Below are positions 8,807-19,318 of a stretch of 20,000 bases of DNA, in pieces. This stretch comes from Coniocarpon cinnabarinum (taxonomy: Eukaryota). The position numbers and the translations under genes are program-made. Location of the stretch: positions 120,050 through 140,049 of the forward strand of contig JAVECO010000040.1 in NCBI GenBank assembly GCA_051942205.1, given 5' to 3'. The first letter of the stretch is position 1; the number at the start of each line of letters is the position of its first letter. Below the pieces are notes generated by a model. That model was not told the DNA's origin. It saw only the letters and a list, made by a program, of their open reading frames with translations, and searched no databases.

Positions 8807-10908
8807 TCAACACCCGTTGCCCTCATTCCCAGTCGCAACCCACTCGGTCCAGTTATAGCTAGCCCTCATGCCGCCACCAGCGCAGCCACCGTATCCACCG
8901 AAGCCACCCTGCACGCCGAACTTGCCGTCCTTGTCAGCAGTCTCCAAAACGGCAACACTCAGCGCGGGCAGCTCAAAACTGAAGGCGCCGTTGGCATCGG
9001 CCGTCAAGGGCGTGACAGTCGTAATGACTTGGTTGGGATTTCCGGGCGTGTTTTCACTGTATGAGTCTGGCGCGGTGAGGACGTTGAGGTTGGCGGCGGT
9101 GCCCTCGGCAAGGCCAGTGAACGACGTCGAAAAGGTCACGTTCTCAGTGGCGTTGTAGACAGCCAGCTTGAGGTACTTGGCGCCGGTGTCGGTGTTGTCA
9201 CCAGCGACCCAATACGCCGGATTGGGCTGGTCCTCGGTGGTGATGGGCCGCGTCTGGGTGAAGCGCTTGGAGCTCAGCAACTGGATCGAGTAGTACGACG
9301 TGGACTGCAGGTCCTGGGCGGGATCCGCCGCAAAACCGACGAGGTCGGGCGTCCACTCGAACTTGTTCAGGTTCTGGAGGATGGGAGCGTAGGTCGCGCC
9401 GATGATGCCGTTGCCGAAGCGCTCGGCGCCGATGAAGTAGATGGATTCGGCGACGGAGCCGATCCAGGTCGCCCACGGTTGCATCGGAGTGGTGAAGTTG
9501 TAGTCGGGCTCATTCGGGGGGCCATTGGGGGCGATGGCGGACGTCTCGCCGAGGAGGGTGGGGTTCGTGGAGTTGGAAGCGTTGTAGATGGAGAAGTCAT
9601 CGACGAGGCGGTCGGGGATGGAGTAGATGTGGTTGTCGTAGATGACGCCGTCAGGGAGGTCGAAGTCGTCGGCCGTCGCGATGATCTGGAGGTCGGGGTA
9701 GGCTTGCGAGATGGCAGAGTAGAGCATGGGGAAGCGGTAAGCCTTGTAAGAGGCGTCACCACCCGAGAGTGTCTCCTCGTTGCCGAGCTCGACATAGTGC
9801 ACCTTCCAAGGGTCTGGGTGGCCGTACTGGGCGCGAAGGGCACCGTACTGAGTGGACGTGTCGCCGAGAATGTACTCGAGCTCGTTGAGCGCGTCGTCGA
9901 CCCACTGCTGGAAGTCGGCCTCAGGCGTCACAGTGCCGTCAAGCGAGTGACCAGCAAAGATGGCAAGAATCGGCTCCATGTCGAGGTCGATGCACCAGTC
10001 AAGGTACTCATCGAGACCCAAGCCGTCGGTATTTGTGTAGCCCCAGGCACCTGTATGGCCTCGACGGTGCTCCAGAGGGCCGATGGTCTCGTTCCACGCA
10101 AAGCGGTTGGGAATACTAACTGTATGACATGGATTAGCATCTTCCAAAAAGGGGGAAGGGCTTGTAGACAAGAGCACATACTGCCTTCGAGATTGTTGCC
10201 ACCAGGGAATCGCAAGAAGCTGGGCGGCTGATCACCCAAGATTGTCATAATGTCCGATCGCAACCCATTGGGCCGGTTGTTATAGGTCGGTGGGAAGAGG
10301 CTCAGCAAGTTGAAGTCCAACGAGCCGTTGGGAGCTTGAGATGGATCGAAGGTCACTGAGAACGAGTTGTTGGAGTTGGGCGCGGCTGCTGGCGGGTTCA
10401 GCGTGAAGTTGTACTGCGTCCATTGATCCGCTGTGGAAGGTCCAGGGACGGTTGTGGTGGTAAAGACTTCACTAGTCAAGTTGGACAAAAGCGTGACAGT
10501 GAAGTTACCATTGTAGTCGCCACGAGCCCAGAACTGGCCGGTGTAGGTCTGCGGCTTCACATCGATGCCATAGTAACCGGGGTTGACCAATCCAATGTCG
10601 CCGGTGCCATTACCACCGCTCACAGTGACATAATTGGGAAGCTCCGCTGAAAGACCAGTAACATTGTTCAATGTCAGATCGGCGCCGTTGACGCCAGTCC
10701 ACGGTGGGAGCGTGACGTTTTGGAACGCGCGATTCTGGATCAATTCAGCATAGATGCCGCCATCACCGGAGTTGTTGATATCTTCGAAGATGAGACCGTA
10801 GGCTAACGGGCTAGCTGGTGTACCGCCAGTGGCTCCTATCGTGAGGTTGACAGCTGATGCAGCCAGAGGATAGAGCAGAGATGTGACCGCCACGCGTGAG
10901 GAGATCAT
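8807..10908 (-). CDS. abfA: Secreted GH51 alpha-L-arabinofuranosidase (AbfA-like), 679 aa, 2 exons: 10908-10182, 10119-8807
   Basis: Signal peptide MISSRVAVTSLLYPLAASA. GH51 motifs YGLIFEDINNSGDGGIYAELIQNRAF, FLRFPGGNNLEG, WGYTNTDGLG, VELGNE (acid/base Glu), LLGE (nucleophile Glu), YAPIL and WTPDL. Intron 10181-10120 (GTATGT...GCTAAT...ACAG, phase 1) restores the frame. Confidence 0.96.
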
Positions 10909-10976
10909 GTTGACTGATTGACTGCCACGGGTACTTCCACACAGCGACCATCGACTCAAACGTTCTCGCGACGCCT

Positions 10977-10982
10977 CTTATA
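10977..10982 (-). promoter_or_regulatory. Putative TATA box (TATAAG) of the GH51 gene
   Basis: GCTATAAG on the minus strand about 70 bp upstream of the ATG at 10908. Confidence 0.45.
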
Positions 10983-11014
10983 GCTGCGTGAGCTTGGCGC
11001 CGTAGTTAACCCAT

Positions 11015-11285
11015 CTCCACAAAGGCGAGGCGAAAATTGTGTACCCCACAGCCATTGTGAGCAGGGGTCGAGGACACGATGCGCTGCACGATAGTTGCCG
11101 AATGCAGGTACCATCCAGCTATACGTTCGTCGAGCTTGGAGATGACTTCTTCCGACTGCCTGACTCCGCAGATGATCAACATTACGTGAACCAGTGGCTA
11201 CGATCATTATAGGCAGGAGGGCGATCACGGTGCTGCAATCCCACGGGGGCCCGGGATAGAAGACAGTGAGGTTGGCATTGTGGAG
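11015..11285. promoter_or_regulatory. Putative CreA (SYGGRG) sites upstream of the GH51 gene
   Basis: CTCCAC 11015-11020, CCCCAC 11044-11049 and GTGGAG 11280-11285. The motif is short and degenerate, but the positions are plausible for a glucose-repressed hemicellulase gene. Confidence 0.3.
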
Positions 11286-12890
11286 GGAGTCCAGTGAGGG
11301 TGAACTAAGCCTCATCGAGCAGCTCGGCAGTTGAAGCCACTTGACGTCACCTAAGACCGCCAGCTTTCGATGACTGTGCCGAAACTCTTTCATCTCCCAA
11401 ACCACTCTGAAGAGAGCAACCACGACTTTTGGAAGATCTTGGATACGTAACCGGTACCCATTGAGCATGAGCATTAGCATGCGCCTGCGACTCCAAAGCT
11501 CACATTGTCAATGATAATAACATGCAAATGAGAAATGAGATGATGACTGATTCTTTATCAAAACGAAAGATCTGTAACATATGCGAAGGGAATCCAACCA
11601 GTCAAACAGGAGAATTACACAATATCTGATAAATTTACGTTTGAGTATCGACGGGGCTGTAGCGGCACGCCGCGAGATTTGTTTTTGCTGGAGCCAGGAC
11701 AAATGGATTTGCTTTTGCAGTGAATCTAGTATCATATCATGCCACCAGACAGGCTCTTGTCGTGGTCGTTAGTGCTCGGCTGTTGTCACTGCACAATTTT
11801 GGTAGGAACGAGGGATTTACAAATCGTCTTGGGTACATGACTTGAGAATCACGTGACTGTATATGGCAGGGTAGTCTTTTGCTCGATTCTATCTTCCACC
11901 CTCGCATCACATTTGTGTGTTTTGCGTCCAACGTTCAATGCCCAACATCTCTATGCTTCTCAATGCTTCAAAGTGACAGAACTTCGGCGATGCTGCGATG
12001 CAGATCGAGAGCACTCGTCTTTGGTGCGATGCTGCGTGCTGTACTGGTGGCTCTACAAATTTGGTCTTGTCCTTCGCAGAGGTCGCACGCCAATGTCCGA
12101 GGTTAAGCATTTCTGAACTTGAACTAACCCACTTCGCATTGATGCGCAACAACTCCCACAGGGGTTCGATGTTAGATCAACGTGTGAGTGATGTTTTGGC
12201 ACCGGGTACCCCAGTCGTTTCCACATCCTGACACCAGGTAATTTCCTTGTATCCGACCTGCGTTCGATGCCGAGCTTCAGCGCGTTCGCGATCGAGCTGA
12301 TTTCGCCCATGATGGAATTTTCCCTTGCAGGACCGCCAACAGGTGTACGCCGTGCGTCCGATGTTGCTCGGTCTACGTACAAAATCCTATCTAATTAAGC
12401 CTGTCGGTGTATCGTACATGTCATGCATTAGTCCTCGTAGGGGTTGCCTGTGCATATGTCCTGCCTGGTTCCGCGCACAAGGGGGCAACACGCTGGTACT
12501 TGCATTCACTGACACGTTCAGGACTCTAAGCATTGCGATCCGAAGGTCAGCTTCCATCTCAACCAACAATCTGTTCTGCACACCGGCGCCGAGTCTTGTA
12601 ATGAATCTCGACCCAACATCAGCTACTGAAGCCTTCGCAGTGCTTCAGAAAATCAAGAAACCTCGGCAACCTGAATCAGACTCAACCTCATACACAAGTA
12701 GTTGACGGGGTCGTGACCCGTTTTTGAAACCACTGCCTGCGAAGACCTCTTCGATGATTTTTGGTGACAGTAGTACTGCTTTGCGTATGCGGTTCTCTGA
12801 TCTTCAAGTCAATATGTTCATCACTTCTACGTCTCCCAGATGCTTGTTTATCAAGGTCAAGGACCAGCGAGCCATCGTCCTCGCTTTTGG

Positions 12891-12898
12891 CGGCTAAT
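12891..12898 (+). promoter_or_regulatory. Putative XlnR-type site CGGCTAAT
   Basis: Matches GGCTAA / CGGNTAAW. Lies in the divergent GH51/lipase intergenic region, about 150 bp upstream of the lipase ATG. Confidence 0.25.
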
Positions 12899-13046
12899 CT
12901 TGTTGCACTCTGGATACCTCGCTGCAATGATTGATCCTGGTTTATACACAAGCCCTACAAACTCCCGCCCACTACTTTAAAAACGATGATCTCAAAATGT
13001 ACCGCCCAAGAATTACGAGTAGCATGCAAAATCGCAGAGATTCGCT

Positions 13047-14910
13047 ATGAACCATTTCATTCGATTTCTCCTGGTTTTGGCCACAGCGCGCCGTCAATTG
13101 GTGCATTCACAGCTTCTCCCGCGTAGCCCATCTCCCTCCGTTGCTATCGAATATGGCACAGTAGTAGGCGCATCATCAGAGGGTATCGACAGCTTCAAGG
13201 GCATCCCTTACGCCCTAGCACCAACGCTGAGTCAACGACTGGCCCCACCCACTGCTGTTTCGAGTCCATTTGGTACAATCGTTGCTACTGATGCACCCGC
13301 GGCGTGCCCGCAATTCATTCTGCAGACTCATCCTTTGGGCATTGGACTTGATCAACAAGAGCTGGCTTTGAATGGACAGGACGAGGACTGTCTCACAATA
13401 ACGGTGCAAAGACCCTCGAACACCAAAGCGGACAGTCAGCTCCCTGTCGTCTATTACTTATTCGGAGGTGGCTTCGAGCTTGGATGGTCAAGCCAATACA
13501 CAGGTGCCAATTTAATTCCCAAATCGGTGTCTCTTGGACTGCCTGTGATATACGTTGCAGTGAACTACAGGGTCAGTGGCTTCGGATTTTTGGCAGGTCA
13601 AGAGCTGCAGCAGAATGGTAGTACGAACCTAGGTCTCAAGGATCAACGACTGGGTCTTGAGTGTAAGTGACAGATGCGTGCTGTTCCTGTTTTGAAGTGT
13701 TCCTGCTAATCATGACGGTATGAACAGGGGTTGCCGATAATATCGTGAGTGATCATGCTGTCTCGAGAATAGCTCTTTGAAGATCGTGCTGACCATCGTG
13801 CTCTTTGGATTAGGCAGCGTTTGGTGGTGATCCATCACGAGTCACACTATTCGGTGAATCAGCGGGTGCCATCTCGTCGTTCGATCAATTGCTGGTCAAT
13901 GGCGGTGACCACACGTACAAGGGAAAGCCACTGTTCACCGGCGCAATCATGGATAGCGGTAGCATCCTTCCTGCAACGGACGTGGCATCGGCAAAGCCAC
14001 AGGCAATCTATGATCAAGTTGTGGGGGCCTCGAGCTGCTCGCAAGCTTCTGACAGCTTGACTTGCCTACGAGAACTACCATTTGATGACTTTCATAAGGC
14101 GATCAACTCAGTCCCCTCGTTGTTCTCGTATAGTGGGTCAGCGACGTCGTATAATCCTCGACCGGACAACAGCTCCGCGTTCTTGCGCAACAGACCAAGC
14201 CCAGAAAATTTAGGTGAGAGGTATACATGCGCTTCCTTTCAAAAGCGTCACTAACACCTGTGACAGGACAAATCGCGCACGTTCCTCTCATCATTGGCGA
14301 TCAAGAGGACGAGGGCACGCTCTTCACACTCTCTTTCAAAAACATCACAACCGATGCAGATGTCGCTGACTTCTTCCAAACTTTCTTCCCTTCTGCACCA
14401 CCATCTGTCATCGAGGGGCTGGTCAGCGCGTATCCCTCGGATCCCGCTGCCGGCTCTCCTTACAATACCGGTACCGCTAATCAAGTATATCCACAGTTCA
14501 AGAGAATGGCTGCAATATGGGGCGATGTGGTCTTCAACTTGATGCGACGAGCTACACTTAATGCCATTACGACGATGCATCCTGACATACCTGTATGGTC
14601 CTACCTCTCGACGTATCTCCACGGCCAAAAGAATCTCGGCACCTTTCACGGCTCCGATCTCATCGAAATCTTCAACAAAGCGAAAGTTCCGGAGGCTCAG
14701 GATGCGATTTTGACGTACTACATCAGTTTCTTCTATTACCGCGATCCGAACAAGGTGACCAGTGCAAGGTTGACCGAATGGCCGCAGTGGACGAATGAAA
14801 CTCTGGCGATGCTGAACATCTCCACGACGAGCAACGTGGTGATGAGGGATGATTATCGGACACCGCAGTATGAGTATATTGTGGATAACATGGACTATCT
14901 ACTGCAGTAA
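13047..14910 (+). CDS. Type-B carboxylesterase / Candida rugosa-like lipase (COesterase family), 558 aa, 4 exons: 13047-13662, 13728-13744, 13814-14213, 14267-14910
   Basis: Motifs FKGIPYA, EDCL, GGGF (oxyanion hole), NYRV..[38 protein letters not shown] (Ser), DEGTLF (Glu) and GTFHGSD (His). Introns 13663-13727, 13745-13813 and 14214-14266 all have GT, a CTRAY branch point and YAG, and keep the frame. Confidence 0.95.
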
Positions 14911-15497
14911 GGCGTCGCACTGGTAAACAACTTGCTTTGAATGTATTGTCGCCGCCGGTACGGTCGACGTCCGGTGTAAGAACATCACCTGCAGAGGCTC
15001 TGCCCAATGCCAACATCCATAGTTCACTTTATGCTCTACTTTTGTGTTTTTCGGGTTCCTTAGCCTATCGTTCCGTTCCGTTGTGGCGGTGAATGCCAGG
15101 CAAATGCTGCTTTGATTGTTGATTGGCCGCGTGCTGTGTTTTGCGTCTTTGTCTGTACGCTTCGCAGAGCTTCAACGCCTTCCGCGGACTCAATGCGCTT
15201 GTCGCAGGGATCTGGTAGGAAAGTACTTGCCGCATATTAATTCAGCATTTTGTGAGTTGTATTGGGCTTTCGCCGTTGTGCTTCTAGCTTTAGAAACCGG
15301 AATATTCTTATTGTACAGGCTCGTCGCCTAGACTGAGATCAGGCAACGACTTTGGTCCCTGACCATACTAAGCCATTAACGGGTCTCGGCATTTGATGCT
15401 AAGATATTTACCGAAGGTGAACACCACGTCAACCCCATTTATGAAAGATCATTGGGCTGAGTACTGGCTTCAAATCGCGGAGATCTTTTCACTATGC

Positions 15498-15503
15498 TAT
15501 AAG
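15498..15503 (+). promoter_or_regulatory. Putative TATA box (TATAAG) of the esterase gene
   Basis: GCTATAAG about 90 bp upstream of the ATG at 15595; same octamer as upstream of the GH51 gene. Confidence 0.45.
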
Positions 15504-15594
15504 TCTGTGTGTAAGAGAGAGACCTGTATACCTTGGACTGTATCTCTCCCGTAAATGTACGCCTTGCCGCCACATCTACCTCATTGTGATCAAG

Positions 15595-17033
15595 ATGCAT
15601 TCTCTGTCGGTGACATTGCTATCTGCTTGTCTTTTATTCTGGGGCCCTTGCTTGGGTCAGACAAATCCACAAAGTAACTATACCAGCTCCAATGAAGCCC
15701 CCATGAAGCGGGAATACTTCTACGTCGGCGGCGAATACGTTAAAGAAGATCTCCCTAACTCCAACAACACCATCATGACGGGCCAAATCTACGTCGAGCA
15801 CCTCATGCCCATGAGTGGACAGTCTCAGAAATATCCACTTGTATTCTGGCATGGGCTGAGTCAGACTGGCACGAATTGGCTCAATACTCCGGATGGGAGA
15901 GAGGGATGGGCGTCGTACTTCATTCGTCAGGGTTACGAAGTGGTCAGAATGCACTGACCTTGTGTGCGATCGACGTGTCATCTTAACAACTTTGTTGTAG
16001 TATCTCATAGACCAGCCGCAACGGGGACGCAGCCTATGGGAAATTGGTCATGGCAATGTCTCCTACATTAGTGTCGAACAACTCGAGAGCGTCTACGTAG
16101 GACCGGAGAACTTCGACTCGTATCCACAGGCGGTGTTCCACACTCAATTTCCAGGTGTGAGTTCAGCGCAGTCGATCCAAGCCCGCCCATTGCCGGAGCA
16201 CTGACGCAGTGGTAGACTGGTCTGAGAGGTGATCCCATCTTCGATGTCTTCTACGCGTCTCAAGTACAAAGCCAGGCAAACGTAGTATGATTGGGGTCTT
16301 TGAAACGATTTCTGCCCACGGCCTAAGCTGATTGAGATCCAGACCATGTCTGAGCAGATGAATCGCCAGGCGGGCGCGGCACTTTTCGATAAGATTGGAG
16401 AAGCAATCCTGATTGTGCATTCGCAAGCGGGTGCATATGGCTGGGGTATTGCTGATATGCGGCCGGGTGTTGTGAAAGGCGTGCTAGCGATTGAACCCGT
16501 GGGACCACCTTTCGAGAGTAAGTGTCTATTGCATCCGCCCGCGTTCTCGTGAGAAGTGCCAGTGTGAAGCGACGACATTTGTGATGTCCATTGCTGAAGA
16601 CTGTAACGGTTGAGACTGACTCTACTTGATGTCTTCAGATGTACCACCTCTAGGCAACGGTCCAGCACGACCATATGGCATAACTGACCTCCCTATAACC
16701 TACTCCCCGCCCCTGACTTCCCCCTCCGACCTCACTCGTCGCACATTCCCACCAGCAGCCGAAAACTTGACCGAGTGCATACGACAAGCAGATTCACCCC
16801 GCCAACTGCCCAACCTGGCTCAAGTTCCCATCATGATCGTCGACGGCCAAGCGTCCTACCACGCTGCTTACGACTATTGCACCGTCGCGTACTTGCAGCA
16901 AGCGGGTGTGGATGTACAGTATCTGAATTTGACGGAGGCGGGAATCTTGGGCAATGGCCATTTTTCGTTTTTGGAGATGAATAATTTGGAGATTGCCGCG
17001 AAGGTGAATGAATGGTTTCAGTCTATCCCGTGA
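15595..17033 (+). CDS. Secreted alpha/beta hydrolase, esterase-713-like, 380 aa, 5 exons: 15595-15942, 16001-16156, 16216-16284, 16343-16517, 16639-17033
   Basis: Signal peptide MHSLSVTLLSACLLFWGPCLG. Motifs GQIYVE, HGLSQTGTNWLNTPDGREGWASYF..QGYEVYLIDQPQRGRS, HSQAG (Ser), AIEP (Glu) and GNGH (His). Introns 15943-16000, 16157-16215, 16285-16342 and 16518-16638 give a continuous frame. Confidence 0.9.
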
Positions 17034-17414
17034 AGATGCATCTGGCAATCTTAAAATGATGAGGTGAACTTATGGAATGATTGATATCTGAATCCGCAAA
17101 GATTACGGGTAAAAGTCGTTGCTGAATCTCAGCCTGAGAGTGATGAGCCTGTGCGACAAGAATAATCAAGGTCACAAAGCCGCGAGTGTAATGGCGATAG
17201 CCCTTTGTCAGTGATAAGATGCTGAATTATCGTGCGGCAAGTACTATGCTAAAAGGTCCTTGCCGTAAGCCATCGAAGGTTTCGCAAAACGCTCAAAAAA
17301 CCAATGACGCTGACTGTCTGACGAGTGAGACGAATCACCTCTTGCATGCCATGTCTAGAATCTGTCATTCGCCATACTACGGAAATCATCGTGTACCTTT
17401 TCGTGTGCCTTGAA

Positions 17415-19318
17415 TCAGTTGCGCCGTCCGATGCATTCGACCTTAAGACCCATGTCCCGCAACACTTCATGATCCAACACGTTTCTCCCATCAAAGACGT
17501 ATGACGGTCGTGTCATGAGCTTCGTGATGCGCTGCCAGTCGACAGACCTCTTTCGCTCTGTCTCATTCTGCCCCTCGCCGTCAAGTTGCGAGCTCGAAAC
17601 GACCTTGAACTCATCCCAGTCTGTCAGTACCACCACGGCGTTCGCCCCATCTGCTGCTGCATAGGGATTCTTTTCCACGGTAACATAGCGATCCACGTTC
17701 TTGTGAGAATTGTTGGTGCTGTAAAGCTCAGAGAAGATGGTCGCCTCCTTGACCAAAGGATCGTATACACGGATTGTCGCCCGTTCAGCGATGAGCTGAT
17801 TAACGACCGAGATTGCCGGGGACTCTCTGGTGTCACCCGTATTTTTCTTGTAGGCAAATCCAAAAATGGCGATTTTCTTATTCACCAGCGTGTTATACAG
17901 ACTTGTCGCAATGCGTTTCGAGAACCGCTGCTTCTGCCAATCGTTGATCTGCCATACCTGATCCCAATATGCGGCAACTTCAGGGAGATGCAGTGACTGC
18001 GCAAGGTAAGCAAGACCCATCACGTCTTTTTGGAAGCAGGAACCCCCGAAACCGACTGAAGAGCGCAAGAAGTGGGGACCGATTCGCTTGTCCAGGCCGA
18101 TGGCGTGCGAGACTTCCGTGACATCAGCACCAGTCGCCTCGCATATTGATGAGATGCTGTTGATGGACGATATCCGTTGTGCTAGGAATGCATTGGCTGC
18201 CATCTTGGCGAGTTCGGATGACCACAGGTTTGTAGTGATCAGGCGTTCTCGAGGCACCCATGCGGCGTAGATGTCGGCGAGGGCTTCAGCCGCTTGCTGT
18301 TCGAGATCATCACCTTTGACAGAGCCAATGAGAATGCGGTCAGGATTGAGAAGGTCAGAGATTGCTGTGCCTTCTGCAAGAAACTCGGGGTTAGAGAGCA
18401 CGTGGTATTTTACCTGTTTGAGTATTTAGTCAACTTAGGCCGTCGACTGTGTGCACACGCTTGTGACATACCCCAGGTCGACCATTGGTGGAGAGTATTT
18501 CTCGGATGTGTTCAGCTGTGCGGCACGGGGTCGTTGATTTCTCGACAATGATTTTGTTCGAGTTTGAGATTGCTGCTATTCTGCGGACAGCGCTCTCGAG
18601 ATAGCCAATGTCGAGGGCGAGGCCTGCGCCGATGCCTTCTGATTTGGTCTGGAGCCGAACAGTCAGAATTTGAGTGTTTACTCCGAATCGCTTGGGGCAA
18701 GGCGAAAGACTGGAACAATATGCTTACCGGAGTGTTGACTGCCAGAAATATTAGGTCAGCCGCGTCAATGGCTCCGTCTACATCTGTCGAGAAAGAGAGG
18801 TTTGATTTTCGTTTGCCAGGGATACCGTCACGTGACAATGTCACCTGCTCGTAAAGGTTCGGTTCGTAGATTGGGAGGTTGTCAGAATTCCACGCTTGTA
18901 TTCTGTCCGCGTTGAGATCAACGACGGTCACAGCAAGCCATGGACACTTGTTCGCGATGACTGCGCAGGTAGTCCCGCCCTGTTCCCACTATCAACCGCT
19001 GATATCGAACAACAAGGCACGGTGATCAGGGCCACATACCACATAACCAGCACCAATGCAGCAAATACTCCTGACCTCCCTCAGTGAGCCGGTGTTGGGG
19101 GAGCTGCCATTGGGTAGTCCATGGTCTACTCCGTCCAGAAGCCCATCAGCCTGGCTGTGGTCACTGGCTTGAATCATCTGTGAGGTTCTGCGTGGCTTGG
19201 TCACTGAGAGCGAGGGATCCCGACGCTGAGCTCGATGGAGGGGCGAGGCAGCGACATCACGAGACATTGACGGTTGGGAAATGAAAGCTTGGTATTGATC
19301 CTGCGCAAGTGTCGCCAT
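17415..19318 (-). CDS. ugd1: UDP-glucose 6-dehydrogenase, 568 aa, 4 exons: 19318-19040, 18979-18728, 18648-18472, 18413-17415
   Basis: Rossmann [67 protein letters not shown] (catalytic Cys), [14 protein letters not shown] and FDGRN. Introns 19039-18980, 18727-18649 and 18471-18414 are all phase 0 and GT-AG. Confidence 0.97.

Noticed and set aside
9479..10231. 250-aa plus-strand ORF and other ORFs overlapping the GH51, Sec14, F-box and UGDH genes
   Set aside because: These are antisense or shifted-frame shadows caused by codon bias of the real genes; they carry no motifs.
10956..12951. Many short ORFs in the 2.1-kb divergent intergenic region, including 10956-11480 (-), 12325-12705 (+) and 12688-12951 (-)
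   Set aside because: No recognisable domains, codon bias or consistent exon chain. A small gene or lncRNA cannot be excluded without RNA data.
14955..14974. GC-rich imperfect hairpin downstream of the lipase stop
   Set aside because: Only about 7 bp of stem with a bulge and no U-tract; intrinsic terminators do not apply to fungal Pol II genes.
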